A DNA stretch of 64,000 nucleotides from Lama guanicoe (GCA_013239625.1 MU054098.1:2171104-2235103), one strand, 5' to 3'; numbered from the stretch's first letter, positions 1 through 13,030 are shown. A program made the numbers and translations. The notes: generated from the sequence alone by a model not told the origin.

Positions 1-98
1 TAGGACTAAGGAGTGAGTAAGAAATAAACTTTTTACTATGTTAAGTCCCTAAGATGTTGAGGTTGTTTGTCACAGCAATTAACCTTTAAGACTAATAT
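1..98 (+). mobile_element. MaLR (MLT1-type) LTR 3' end
   Basis: aataaac...tatgttaagtccctaagatgttgaggttgtttgtcacagca...gactaatata resembles an MLT1 LTR terminus. Confidence 0.7.
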
Positions 99-259
99 AA
101 TAATCCTCTAATTTACATGCTCAGTGCTCAACTAGATTAAAACTATAGCAACCTCAAAAAAATTATAGCAACCTCAACTGAAATGCACAAATTCAGGTGT
201 AAAATTCATTTCCAACCTAGGGCCTTTCCTTTAGTTCTGTACAAACTGATCCATCCAAG

Positions 260-406
260 TAGGGCTAGGACGGTGATGAAATAGTGAGGTGACCAGGGCT
301 CACACTCTCAGCACTGTGCAAATGCAGGGCCAGCAAACTAAGAGTGATGCCTCCGTAAAGTTGGCACCCTAGGTGCCTCACTTGCCTCACCCTAATCTCT
401 ATCCTG
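260..406. mobile_element. MER96-like hAT MITE
   Basis: Inverted termini tagggctagga.../...gcctcacttgcctcaccctaatctctatcctg, with a degenerate 8-bp TSD (catccaag / catctcag). Confidence 0.65.
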
Positions 407-494
407 CATCTCAGTGCCCCTAGTAGTGATGTCACCTTATACCCATATACCCTGCCCCATTTTCTAACACTCATCCTAAGCCTGGCAGCTTCCT

Positions 495-630
495 GAAAGC
501 TGGTTTAGTCACTAATTTGCTGTTACCCGAAGCAAGTTAATTGACTTCTCTGAGCCTCAATTTCCTCTTCTGAAAAGAACAGTACCTGTTTCATAGCACA
601 CAGTAAGTGGTACAATTGATACTATTATTA
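495..630 (+). mobile_element. MIR SINE fragment
   Basis: Core sequence gcaagttaattgacttctctgagcctcaatttcctcttctg. Confidence 0.7.
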
Positions 631-1299
631 TTCTCAAAACTGCTGAGGAGAATGAGTGAATTCCTTTGCTGACATCTTCAATGATTCCCTGCTCCCACGA
701 CTGCTTCTGCCCCAACCCCCGCACTGTTCAGGTCAACCCTTGGCATCTGTGTGTGCTAGGACACATATGCCCATGGATTCCTTAAATGGGAGAGCTATGG
801 CTACAATTTCAAAGAACCTTCATTTGGAAACCCAAGCGATTTTCAGGACTGGCCCTTACTTGCTAAGCAGATAAAAGGAGCCTGAATGTACTCCCTCTCC
901 ACCAGCTGCTTTTCTTTGCTGAGCTGGCTGACCTGTCCCGACCTCTCCATAAAGATGGTCTAATATGATTCCTTTGGGGAATTAACTTGCTCTTTGCTTT
1001 GGTTCACTGGCTGTCTTTATAACAAGGGCATCTGTTCAATGGCCAGATTTGGCCTTGGAATGGGCTCCAGATCCAGCATTTTGGGGCTGGTGATAACGCA
1101 GACATAGGGAGCTCTACCAGTCTAGCACCCTCCACCCACAGCATGGCCAAACACACACCCCTACATATGTGCTTCGTGTGCCTGTTGTGAAAATGTAGCC
1201 CCTTGAGGATTCCAGTAGAAGTGCTTCCTAGGGGCTGACTGTTCTAACTTTGTCACCTCATATTGGTAGAATAAGGGATTTGGCTCCCATCCATTTTAA

Positions 1300-1700
1300 T
1301 TTTGAATAAGAGAAACTGGGGACTAGGAAGAGGAAAGGAAATATAGAGAATGAAGATGATCTGCTGCTAAAAAATAATATCAGTTGTGTGTGTGAGAAAG
1401 AGAGGGGAGGAGGTGCAGAGAGAGAGAGAGAGAAGCAGACAGAGAGACAGAGTGGGAAGGGAAGGGAAGAGACAACGTGATGCCAGGGGTAGGAAACCCA
1501 AGATACAAAGGAGTAGGGGATGCTACAGTGGATGATAACAGAAATAAAAAAGAAGGAAAGAGAAAAACAGGAAAGCAAAAGTTCAGGACACAAAAAGAAG
1601 GGAAAACATAAATAGAGATGTGAGAAGGAAAAATTATTGAGAAGTAGCAAAGGGGGAATGAGAAGGTGACAAGCCAGGGGCCATTGAGAGGGGAAGGGAG
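1300..1700. repeat. Purine-rich (GA) low-complexity tract
   Basis: Strong G/A strand bias with (GA)n runs; this explains the spurious ORFs 1258-1650 and 1380-1835. Confidence 0.75.
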
Positions 1701-2776
1701 TGGTAACAGGGCTTGTGCCTCAAAGAGCTCAGGCAAGGCCAGACAGTGCCAGAGGAGAAAGGCCAGCCCTGCTGCAGCAAGCCTTAGGGTACAGCGCACT
1801 AGACGGTGAGCCCTCTCTAAGGCTCTGCTGCCCACCTGGGACCATTTCTGGAGTGTTTGCAGGTATCATGGAGGCCCCATCACAAGCCTTGCTGCAGCTT
1901 TATCTCACTTGATATCTGTCTATGGGTGCTGGATCAAATGAGGAAATAAGAAAAATAACTGTTCCTGGCCACTTCTCCACAGTCTTTGCTTCGGGGCCCT
2001 ACATTTTGGCTCTGCTCTCAGGACAATAATGAATGAAAGATGGGAACTATGAAGGAAGTTAACAGGTACAGAAGGGGTTCTGGGTCAAAGTGCCATCCAG
2101 TTCAATGTCTCCCTTGTTCCTCCAAGGCGATCAGATAACTGTGATCATTTAGGGCAAAGTAATAGCACAAAGAGGAGAGGAAATGTAGAGCTAGGATACC
2201 ACGGGGGGCCCTATTGGCAGCCACCTCCTCTTGATGCTGGCAGCAAAGAGCAAGTACATGCCAACTTGGCAAGCCTGAGAAACCCACTCCTCTGCCTTGC
2301 CCGGTGCCTGCAGCCTCCCAGTGTTAATGCCAATTCCTCAAGGCACAAGGACCACCCAAGAACATAAAGCCCACCTGAGACCCTGATAATCCTACTTTTG
2401 GGGTGACTGTGTAGGACAGGTAGGGTTGGTGAAGAGCTGTTGGGGACCAAGGGTGAGTGGGGAACATTTTAAGATAAATAACTACTCCTGAATCTTCCCA
2501 ATTCTCCAACTTTTTTTCTCTGTCTCCCTTCCTCTCCCCTCTCCTCTCTTTGTATACCTGATTATATATTTACGTACTCCTTGGTTCATGATATGTTATC
2601 ATCATTGGCCAATGCATGGCTTTATTTATAAATCTAATATGATAAAAAACTGTGAGACTACCACCCAGTGGAAAAAAACTAGAACATTACCAACACATGT
2701 ACATCTACTTACATGTTTCTACTCTGTTCCATTCCTTTGCCTCACTCCTTGCTACCAAAGGTAACAACTGTCTTGC

Positions 2777-3980
2777 TTTTTAAAAACTATAGTTGATTTA
2801 TGGTATTGTGTTAGTTTCAGGTGTACAGCAGAAAGACTCAGTTACATATATATATATATTTTTTCAGATTATTTTCCATTATAGGTTATTACAATATATT
2901 GAATATAGTTCCCTGTGCTCTACAGTAGGTCCTTGTTGCCCATCTATTATACATATAGTAGTTTGTATCTGTTAATCCCATACGCCTAACTTATCCCACC
3001 CTCCATCCCTTTCCCCTGTAGTAATCATAAGTTTGTTTTCTATGTCTATGAGTCTGTTTTGATTTTGTATATAGATTCATTTGTATTATTTTTTAGATTA
3101 TACATATAAGTGATATCATATACTTTTCTTTGTCTTTCCCTGTCTTACTTAATTCTCTAGGTCCATCCATGTTGCTGCAAATGCCATTATTTTATTCTTT
3201 TTATGGCTGAGTAGTATTCCATTGTATAAAATACCACAGCTGCTTTATCCAGTCATCTGTCGACGGACATTTAGGTTGTTTCCATGTCTTGGCTATTGTG
3301 TAAATAGTGCTGCTATGAACATTGCAGTGCATGTATCTTTTCAAATTAGTTTTCATCTTGTTTGGATTTATATCCAGGCATGGAATTAATGGGTCATAGG
3401 GTAGGTCTATTTTTAGTTTTTTAAGGAAACTCATAGTGTTTTCCAGTGGCTACAAAAATTTACATTCCCACCAACAGTGTAGGGAGGGTTCCCTTTTCCC
3501 CACAAACTCTCCAGTATATATTATTTGTAGCTTTTTGATGATAGCCATTCTGACCAGTGTGAGGTAATACCTCATTGTGCTTTTGACTTGCATTTCTCTA
3601 ATAATTAGCAATGTTGAGCATCTTTTCATGTGCCTTTTGGCCATCTGTATGTCTTCTTTGGAGAAATGTCTATTTAGGTCTACTGCACATTTTTATTGTG
3701 TTGTTTATTTGTTCATTACTGAGTGTATGAGCTGTTTGTGTATTTTGGATATTAACTCCTTGTCAGTTGCATCATTTACAAATATTTTCTCCCATTCTGT
3801 AGTTTGTCTTTCTGTTGATGGTTTCCTTGGCTGTGCAAAAGATTTTAAGTTTGATTAAGCCCTATTTATTTTCGCTTTTCTTTTTCCCTGGGAGACCGAT
3901 CAAAGAAAATATTGCTATGATTAATGTCTGGGAATGTTTTGCCTATGGTCTCTTCTAGGAGTTTTATGGTGCCATGTCAT
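2777..3980 (-). mobile_element. 5'-truncated L1 (ORF2 C-terminus plus 3' UTR); an older L1 3' UTR fragment adjoins at ~2550-2775
   Basis: Minus-strand ORF fragments [24 protein letters not shown] and [18 protein letters not shown], followed by a typical L1 3' UTR. Confidence 0.92.
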
Positions 3981-3989
3981 TTATATATC

Positions 3990-4150
3990 TATCTGTGTGA
4001 TCTAGATAAGTTTCTCAATGTCTTTAGGTTTCAATTTCCTCTTTCATAAAATGACAATAATGATAATACCTAACTCAGAGGATTGTTGTGAGATTTCAGT
4101 GCCTTAATGCATAGAAAGCCCCTAGAGAAGTACTTGGTATATGATTATGG
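3990..4150 (+). mobile_element. MIR SINE fragment
   Basis: ctgtgtgatctagataag...tttcctctttcataaaatg...taatacctaactcagaggattgttgtgag. Confidence 0.75.
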
Positions 4151-4368
4151 GTAGTGGTGGTAGTAGTAGTAGTAGTAGCAATAGTAGAAATACCTTACTG
4201 TTGCCTGGATTGCTTGCCTGGTGCTCATGTGCCACCTCCTCCAGGAAGACTAACCTGATTTCTTCAGTTGAAACCAATTTTTTCTACATTCCCATGGTAC
4301 CTATTCCCACCTTCATTCTGGCCCATGTTTTGTACTAGTGCTATTAATAAATCTGTTTCCCTTTAAAG

Positions 4369-4543
4369 CAGTGGTTCTTAATATTATTAGCACATTAAAA
4401 TAATTTGGGAACTTTTCAAGAGTCCTGATCTAAGCCCCATGCCACACCAATTGAATTACAATTTCTAAGAGTGAGACCCAGATGTTAGCATTGTTTAAAG
4501 TTCTCCAGGTGATTCTATTGTGCAGCCAAGGTTAAGCCCTATG
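4369..4543. mobile_element. MER5-family hAT-Charlie MITE
   Basis: cagtggttctt... terminus and ctccaggtgattctattgtgcagccaaggtt motif. Confidence 0.8.
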
Positions 4544-4551
4544 CCTTAGGG

Positions 4552-4764
4552 CAGGAGTTGGCAAACTCTGGCCCCCAGGTCAAGTCCAGACCACTGCCTA
4601 TTTCTGTAAATAAAGTTCTACTGGTCTATTTATTTAATGTGTTATCTATGGCTAATTTGACACTACGATGGGAGAGTTGAGTAGTTGCAATAGAGTCTAC
4701 ATGGCCTTCAAAGCCTAAATCATTTGCTGTCTGAATCACTGCAGAAAAAGTTTGTTGATCCCTG
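4552..4764. mobile_element. MER58A-like hAT-Charlie MITE
   Basis: Terminal inverted repeats caggagttggcaaact / agtttgttgatccctg; 8-bp TSD ccttaggg / ccttagaa. Confidence 0.85.
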
Positions 4765-4784
4765 CCTTAGAAAATAATCTTGCT

Positions 4785-4868
4785 CAGTACAGGGACCATA
4801 TCTTATTCATTGTCTACATATGCCTAGCACAGTGCCTTGCCCATAGTTGCTTAATAAATGGTTGTCCA
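4785..4868 (+). mobile_element. L2 3' end fragment
   Basis: cctagcacagtgccttgcccatagttgcttaataaatggttg. Confidence 0.7.
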
Positions 4869-4956
4869 AGGAATAGATAGAAATAAGGTGGAGGGTCCTG
4901 TCTGCCAAATTCAGGCTTGAATTTCATTTTTCTAGTAGTGCTGGCATCAGCCTGTA

Positions 4957-5017
4957 CAGTTGTCCCTCAGTATCCACAAGGGGTTGGTTCCAGAAGCCCC
5001 TGCATATACCAAAATCC
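4957..5017 (+). mobile_element. MER2-like Tigger terminal fragment
   Basis: TA|cagttgtccctcagtatccacaaggggttggttccag...ataccaaaatcc. Confidence 0.7.
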
Positions 5018-5177
5018 TCCTCACCACTGCCATCCAGTCATCTTCCGTTTTAGGATCTCTAATTGGCTTCCATCTCTCCCAAGTCCCTCTAGTTTGAGAA
5101 ACACTTGAATTGGTTGACTTTCGGGGATCTCTTCCAGGTTTGTCTTACAGGCTGTCTTGTGGTTTAATTATTTATGT

Positions 5178-5405
5178 CATAGTGCTTAAAAGTTGAGGCT
5201 TTAGAGCCAGGCAAACCTGAGTGTGAATCTTGGTGACTCTGATTTCACTGCTTACTGGCTCTGAGACTCTGTTTCTGCATCTGTAAAATGGGCATGGCAG
5301 TACATAACTCATAGGGTTCTTGGTGTAAATGAGATAATGCGTGTAAAACACTAGGCACAGCATTGGGCAAATAGTTAAGTACTCAGTTAAAGGTAGCTAT
5401 TACCA
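5178..5405 (+). mobile_element. MIR SINE
   Basis: ggctttagagccaggcaaacctgagtgtgaatc...ctgtaaaatgggc...aaatgagataatgc. Confidence 0.8.
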
Positions 5406-6514
5406 ATTTCATCATAGCTCTCATCACCACCAGGGGTCTCATAGACTCTGCCATCTTATAAGCCCCTTATAGGCAGGGGCCACATCCTAGCCAATTTTGC
5501 ATTCGTGTCATGCCTGGTAATGCCTGGTACAGAGTGGGCTTTCAATGTGCGTCAATTGTTTGAATTGTATACTAACTATCACTCCAAATAAAGCTTATGG
5601 CAATGATGCAGATGTTAAACCCCACCTTACCTCAGCCTCTCCGCTGCTTGTATCCCTAGGCATCTGTGTGTTAATCAAGGCCATATATCAAAAACAGGCA
5701 CTGACATATGTGGTAATTTTACCAGCCTTGGGGCCATCAAAAAATAATTTGTCTACATTCTCCAAATGAACAGTAACTTTATTAAAATTCCTACCTGTAA
5801 AAAATACACAGCACATTAATTTTTCCTGGAGAAAGGAACTATCATTGGAGTGGTATTTGCAAAACACTTGTCTCAGCAAGTCTAAATTGCTAAGATAGTG
5901 CTTAGATTTAAAACTTGAGGACATATAAAGGGTCAGATTCCCAGCCTTTGACAGGAAAATAAATTAAAAAGGCATTTTAAAGCTGGAGACCATTTTTCCT
6001 GCTTCAACACTGAGTTGGGCTCAGGGACTGACACGTTAGCCTGGGAATAATGTACTGTTTTGAAAATGTAACTGTATTAATAAAATGCCACTGAACAGAG
6101 GCTCCCAGGCCAGCATGCCTGGACTTGGCCACTTCCATTGATTTATTTAACACTGTCCTCAGGAGGCTAAATGGGGTAGACACCTCAGCCAGTGAGAGAT
6201 TGCTATGGGGCAGTGTCAAAACCCTTGTGAGTTCAACAGCAAAAAGCACAAGATCTGGGGTCCTCATTAAAGGTCAGGCCTCTGGGTACTCAAGGCCAAC
6301 AGCAAAACCCATGGGGCAAGTGGGGAGCTTAATTTTTTAGCTCCTGCCTCCTCTTTCTGTGCCCTTTGCCTGACTGTCACTCCGATCCTGCAATGGGTGA
6401 TACATTTCTTTACACTCAGTCTTAAATTAATGGCAAATTTTCATGCGGGCCCTTCTCAGGGAGATTTACATTTATATAGAGGTCACTGGATTCAAAATAA
6501 AAGAATGACATGCT

Positions 6515-6845
6515 AGTAGTAAATAAACCTAAACAGATTCATACCAAGACACATCTTAGTCAAACTTCTGGAAACTAAAAACGGAAAAAAAACATTGAAA
6601 GCAATAAGAGAAATAACACCTTGCCCAGAGTGGAAAAACATAATTCAAATTACAGTGGATTTCGCATCAGAAACCATGGGGGGCAGAAGTCGCACAAGAT
6701 TGTTAAAGTGTCAAAAGAAAGAACTGTCAACCATAAATCTTACATCCAGCAGAAATAGCCTTCAGGAATTAAGGAGCAATCACGATATTTTTAGAAGAAG
6801 GCAAACTAAGAACACTCGTTGCCAGCAGACCTACCTTAAAAGACA
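6515..6845 (+). mobile_element. Old L1 ORF1 fragment
   Basis: ccaagacacatcttagtcaaacttctg; the translated IQITVDFASETM resembles the L1 ORF1p C-terminal region. Confidence 0.8.
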
Positions 6846-7124
6846 CAGTGTATGTTTAGATGTGTCAAGGAATTTTCTACAACTATTAGAAACACGAATG
6901 AAATTTCAAAGTCCTGGAAGGCACTGAATTGCTATGTGCTTCTTTTATAGACTGCTTTCCGGAACATGTGTTTCAACTAGTGGCTATGTGAACACCGGTG
7001 ACTAAAATGGCCTTTCTGTACCGAGAGGCTTTGGGAGGTGTAATTGGGTCAGTATGGCTGGTCAGGAGGGGTGTGACTTAGAGTGTTTCCCTCCTCTATC
7101 AGAGATCAAGCAGCTCTGACATAG

Positions 7125-7380
7125 CAAGATACTGATTTCAAATCCTAGCTCTGCCATTTACTAGCTGCGTGAATTTAGGGCAGGTAAGTTAACTGCTCTG
7201 AAGCTTCATTTTGTCACTTTTAAATTGAATTAGTAATATCTACCCCTAAAAGGTGTGCTAAGTAATAAATGCCAGAAATGGATATTCTATCTTTTAGTAG
7301 TGTGAAATTGAGTATCATTCACAATTAAAGCACTGGGCACAGTACTTGGATAGAGTAGTCATTTCATCAACTATTAGTTC
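7125..7380 (+). mobile_element. MIR SINE
   Basis: tcaaatcctagctctgccatttactagctgcgtg. Confidence 0.75.
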
Positions 7381-9014
7381 CCTTTCGCTAGATGCACACA
7401 AATTCAGATTTTATCCCCAAAGGGATGAGTCTTCTATGCACAGGAAAAACTGAAATTCTACGTGGTCCTCTATGTAAAGTAAGTGGAATTGGTGGAATAC
7501 AGTCACAACTGGCTTATCAGTGAGCTGGATAGATAAGAACTAGTGCCATGTAAGGTATGTACTAGAAATCAGTGAGCAGGAAGCAGGTTCAAATAGACCC
7601 CAGGATCAAAACTGGTATCAGGAAGCAATACCAATAATTCAGCGCATGAATGCTCAAAGTGATAGTGGCAACCAATGACTTGAAAGTGTGGTCCTGATAC
7701 CAAGGTAGTTCTGACTCTACTAAATGTTGTAACTCACTTCCAGGACTTTTGTTTGTAAAATGTAGGAAGTGACTCTCGCACAAAGGTGACATTGAGGATT
7801 CATGATACTATATTCCCTTGAAGGTTTTTCCATTTTCTTGGCCAAGTGAGACCTGAAGTTTCACAGGGAGACAATAAAACATGGCCACCAATGTAGAAGG
7901 CTTTACAGGTGTAACACAAGCTTCCAGAGCTCTCCCAAGGGCATGAGGTGTTAGATTTTTACCAAGATATTGGTATAGCTTAAATGCTGTATTTTGTTTT
8001 GGAGATGACTCTTATGGTCATTGGCAAGATGGTTCTGGGTTGGAAATTTTCAAGAGTCCAAAAAAGGGTGATATTTGTTTTACTATCATGGATAGAGGTG
8101 AAGGCAGTGACAAATGGGTCTCATATGTTGCCATCTGGACAGAATGTAGGTGGTGAGAAATGGACCAGTCATACACCCTTCTTTCTCTAAAGGTCCTGGG
8201 CAGGGGCTCATGTCTAGTCATATGTTATGTCTTCATTCATGGCAGTATATTCTGATGATTAGACTGAACTATGAAGTATTGTAAGAAGCAGTTACTTATA
8301 CCAAGTACCATGGTGCTGGGTGTGAGTGGAAGTACAGGAAATGAAAACCATAGGTATTTAGAAGTGTTATTATAGTTGTAGACAAATGAGAGGGATAAAG
8401 AGAGAGACTCACTGTCGAGGCAAGGCTCCCAGGGAGGCCTTCAATGGATTCACTATGGTTCATGCTGTGATGCTGACTTTGCATAGTGAAAATATTATTT
8501 TGTTTCTAGTGTGCTCAGAGATGATTAGGGTCTGGAGGATTGATGCTATTAAAACCCACAAAAACTGGTGTATAAGCCAAACACCAATTTATTCATTTAT
8601 AATGAGAATTAACTGCCAAGTAGGCTAGAACACTTCATGTCAGCTGGTTAGCAAATTTTCTCTCCCCATAGCAAAGCTTACATGGGAAAGTAATTAAAAT
8701 CAGATTACTTCTTAGAGCATGGAGTCAGAGCAAGGGGAGTTAGGTGACAATCTGAATGGCTAATGATACAAATTGAGATGAGCTGGTGCTTCCACCCCAC
8801 TGTAGACCTGCCAAATCACCTGCTGGTCACATCCCCTTTCCGACTCTAGAGAGGTTACCAATGTCCTATGGCTGTTTAATTGCCCCCTTTTCTAGATTCC
8901 ATGCAAACCATTCTCTTGTGAACAATTCCTTCTTCAGATTTGTAAACTGATTAGATTATCTCTTGCTTGGTGTCATCAAATATGTATCAGACTTTCCTCC
9001 CTAAAACTACAGTC

Positions 9015-9678
9015 TTTATTGGACCTGGGGGTTCCCCAAGCCTTTGAAACTGCAGCCTACATCTTTGAGTAGAGTAGATCTCATTTGTTCTCTGTAGATT
9101 TTAATTAGTTTCACTCTCAGAGAAATTCACTTAGGTATAAGCTCCAAGGATGCATCCATGTAACTCTTTATGCTAAGTAAGTAATTCATTCTAACTGAAG
9201 TGGGTGATGTCACTATAACAAAATTTTGAAGTGGTCAACAAAATGGTTGCTAGCTATTAGGCAGTGAAGCATTATCCCAGTATCCTATTCATATCCTCAG
9301 TCTGGATGTTAAATTGTATCACACAGAGCACAAGAAGTCGTTGATTGGAAACTCCTCAGCAAGGGGCTTCTGGAAATAGGAGGGAAACTGAAGTTCACGG
9401 CCTGGGATTAATTATCTGTTCTGAGAGGCTATGAAATCTGAAGATTCCTTGGGGCATAAGGTAACGTTGCTGCAGAGGGAAGGTCCTCTGCATAAAATAA
9501 AGTGACATATCTTTATATGTAAAAAGTACATACACATAAAGAGTACACAATGATAAATTGTGGCCCTAAGATAAAAAAGATTGGTAATTAAGCCAACTGA
9601 ATGCTCCTATCAACATTCCAGGACCATACTGGGGTCGGTAAGGAAAGCGACTAGAGGCCATTGGGTTAGTCCTTTATT
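9015..9678 (-). terminator. Candidate RTL4 polyadenylation signals (AATAAA at 9673-9678 and 9015-9020)
   Basis: TTTATT on the plus strand at both positions, within the repeat-poor stretch downstream of the stop codon. Which one is used cannot be determined from sequence. Confidence 0.25.
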
Positions 9679-11540
9679 GCAGGATTGGTGGTGCTAGATC
9701 AGGACACCTGCAGGTAATACCAGAGTCAGTAAAATTCACATAGGAGGAGCTCATATAATCCCACTACACCAAGGGGAATTTCACAACTTTGCACAACTGG
9801 AATATATGCATTCAGGCCTCCTTGTTGTGAGAGCATATGGAGTAAGGTGGATGTACAGCAAGCTGTTGATAAAGGAGACTCCTTGTGAATACCAATAAGA
9901 ATTGGCACAGTGGTTAGTGAGGCACTGATGAGTGCAAAGATCTGTTAGTGCTACAGGATAAGAGGAATAAAGCCCTAGCTGGGCTTAAGTATTGTCAAAG
10001 TCAGCATAATTCTCCAGGAACAGGGCCAAACTACAATGGCATTTCATGCTCTGAGAGGCTCTCATGGCTGCTAGGGAACATGAACCACAGAAGTGATCCC
10101 TGAAAGTACAGTCTTGGCTGCCTGCTAGGGGATACGGAATTACTGATTTACTTCGGAAGACCCATTATGGGGACATACATCAGCACCAAGAAGCAGGGAA
10201 CAGAGGACTGGTAATTATCAGAAAACACCAATTATCACTGTATATCCTTAACATTTTAGGGATTTGTGCCTTTCCAGCATAGCACTACTTCTGTTCAGAA
10301 GCATTAGGAATCCATATATAGATTTGATGTGTGCCAAAAGCACAACATAAGCAATCATATCATAGCCCCACTTCGTGAGTTTTATGTACAGATGGTGTTG
10401 ATGTACATACCCCAGGATTTTAAAGATGAGATGGTTCAGAAAGTTGTCTGCCATTAATTGTTCTTCAAGGGTCCCCAGAAGTGGTCCATAAGGGTAGAGC
10501 TGCCCACATCAATGGGCAGTGATCTTAGATGGTGACCACGCTGAGACCTCTAGAGTCAGAAACTACTGCAGGGCCTGATCTTAATCTTCAGTGGAGATTT
10601 ATTTAGCCAGATTCCCTGTATAAGGCAGCAAGTATATACTTTAGACACAGTAATTATGATGGGATACATACCCCAACTCTCACTACTTGTTAGAGTTCAT
10701 TATCCTAGAGCATTTTGACTTGGCCACAACACACGCTGGAACCTGAAAGTGGGAGTAAGCTGGAATTGGTAAGGCCTGACTAAAAACATGCACCTGCCTG
10801 AAGGGCTAACTCTCAAGGAAGTGAACCAAAAGTTCCAAGCAGAGTGCTCAAAGGGCCATAAAATCTAGTCTGTCAGTAGCTAAGAGATCCAGTTTGTTGG
10901 GCAAGCAGAAGTCTTTAAATTGCAACAAAATGCATAGCTGTATGAAAGGATGGTAGAGCTGTGTTTCCATGAAGGTTGGTTTGTGTTAAGCTGGACTGTA
11001 GTCAATAGGTGGAACAAGATCTGCCCCTAGTAGGAAAATACTGGTAGGACGTGGAAATGCAATTGGGACTTCAGCCAAGAGTCCTAAACCAACTGAAAAC
11101 TAGTATACACACCAGTGAGAGCAAGAGTGAAAGGCTTGTGTCCAACCGTAGGCCCAAAAGACTTGGGCCAACAAACTCAACCCAGGTGTCTACCACCCAC
11201 TGGTGGGGATGGAGTTCCCAATGTATTGCCAGGGTGGTTTCCATTGGGTCAGCCTAAGCAGAGTTTTGCCTGTAGGTTTTCAGTACTCTTGGAAAACCCA
11301 TCCCAACTGCAGAACGTGCCTGAGAATTGTTTTTATCATTGTTGGATTAGGTTTGGTGTTGTGTCATCAAATGAACAAGATTCAGCTGTTTGAATTCTCA
11401 GAAGTACATTAGTTCATGACTGACTATGAAGTGGTATCACAGTTTCCCACCTATATTTTAAATATTAATACAGGATTTAAATCAGTAAGGCTGGAGGTGA
11501 CAGTGATATAAATTTACAATGTGACCTGCCTGGGCTCCTC

Positions 11541-12497
<957 letters not shown>

Positions 12498-12600
12498 CTA
12501 AGCAGAATTGAGTACCAGTGCTAAGGACACAATGGGCAGACGATGGGCTTGCTCTGTGATCAGAGAGATGGTGTCATGAGCAAGTAGCCAAAGCTGTTAG

Positions 12601-12620
12601 CTATGAAAAAGTCACAAGGG
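12601..12620 (-). promoter_or_regulatory. Candidate 3' splice acceptor of the RTL4 coding exon
   Basis: Minus strand reads cccttgtgactttttcatag|ctaacagc, a pyrimidine tract plus AG 127 nt upstream of the ATG. An alternative acceptor lies at 12703-12704 (tttcctccaaatgtgcag|acc). Confidence 0.45.
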
Positions 12621-12884
12621 TATGCTGAGAGCTGAGCTGGAGAAATGCCAAAAAGTGTCCACTACTCAGTGTTGCCTCTTCTTCAAGGAGAATGCCAATG
12701 GTCTGCACATTTGGAGGAAATAAGTTACTTTAGGACACGTAGAGGGTTTGGAATTAAGATAAATACCAATGTTACAGTAGATCTCTTTCCCTGCTCCCCT
12801 TCTTGGTAATATAGGGGCAGTCTGCACTCAGACTAACTCGGTGGTTCTAAACTATCTTTCTTTATCAGAGAATCTAACAATCTT

Positions 12885-13030
12885 ATAATCCAAAGTGACC
12901 TTAGAAATCATCCAGGCCAAATTCATAATTTCACAGATGAGAAAACAGGCACCCAGACCTAGCAAACAAGAACAGAGAGGTGAAACTGTTTGCCCCAGGT
13001 CACACAACTAGTTAACCCCGAAGCTGGCGT
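12885..13030 (-). mobile_element. MIR/MIR3 fragment
   Basis: gaccttagaaatcatccagg...tttcacagatgagaaaacagg...tgccccaggtcacacaactagt. Confidence 0.7.

Noticed and set aside
1258..1912. 130-151 aa hydrophobic ORFs
   Set aside because: By-products of a purine/pyrimidine-biased low-complexity tract, with no recognisable domain.
9726..9930. Second RT-like resemblance (NHCA../HMLSQQGGLNAYI)
   Set aside because: Too weak, and redundant in position with the 10347-10530 candidate; cannot be distinguished from chance by eye.
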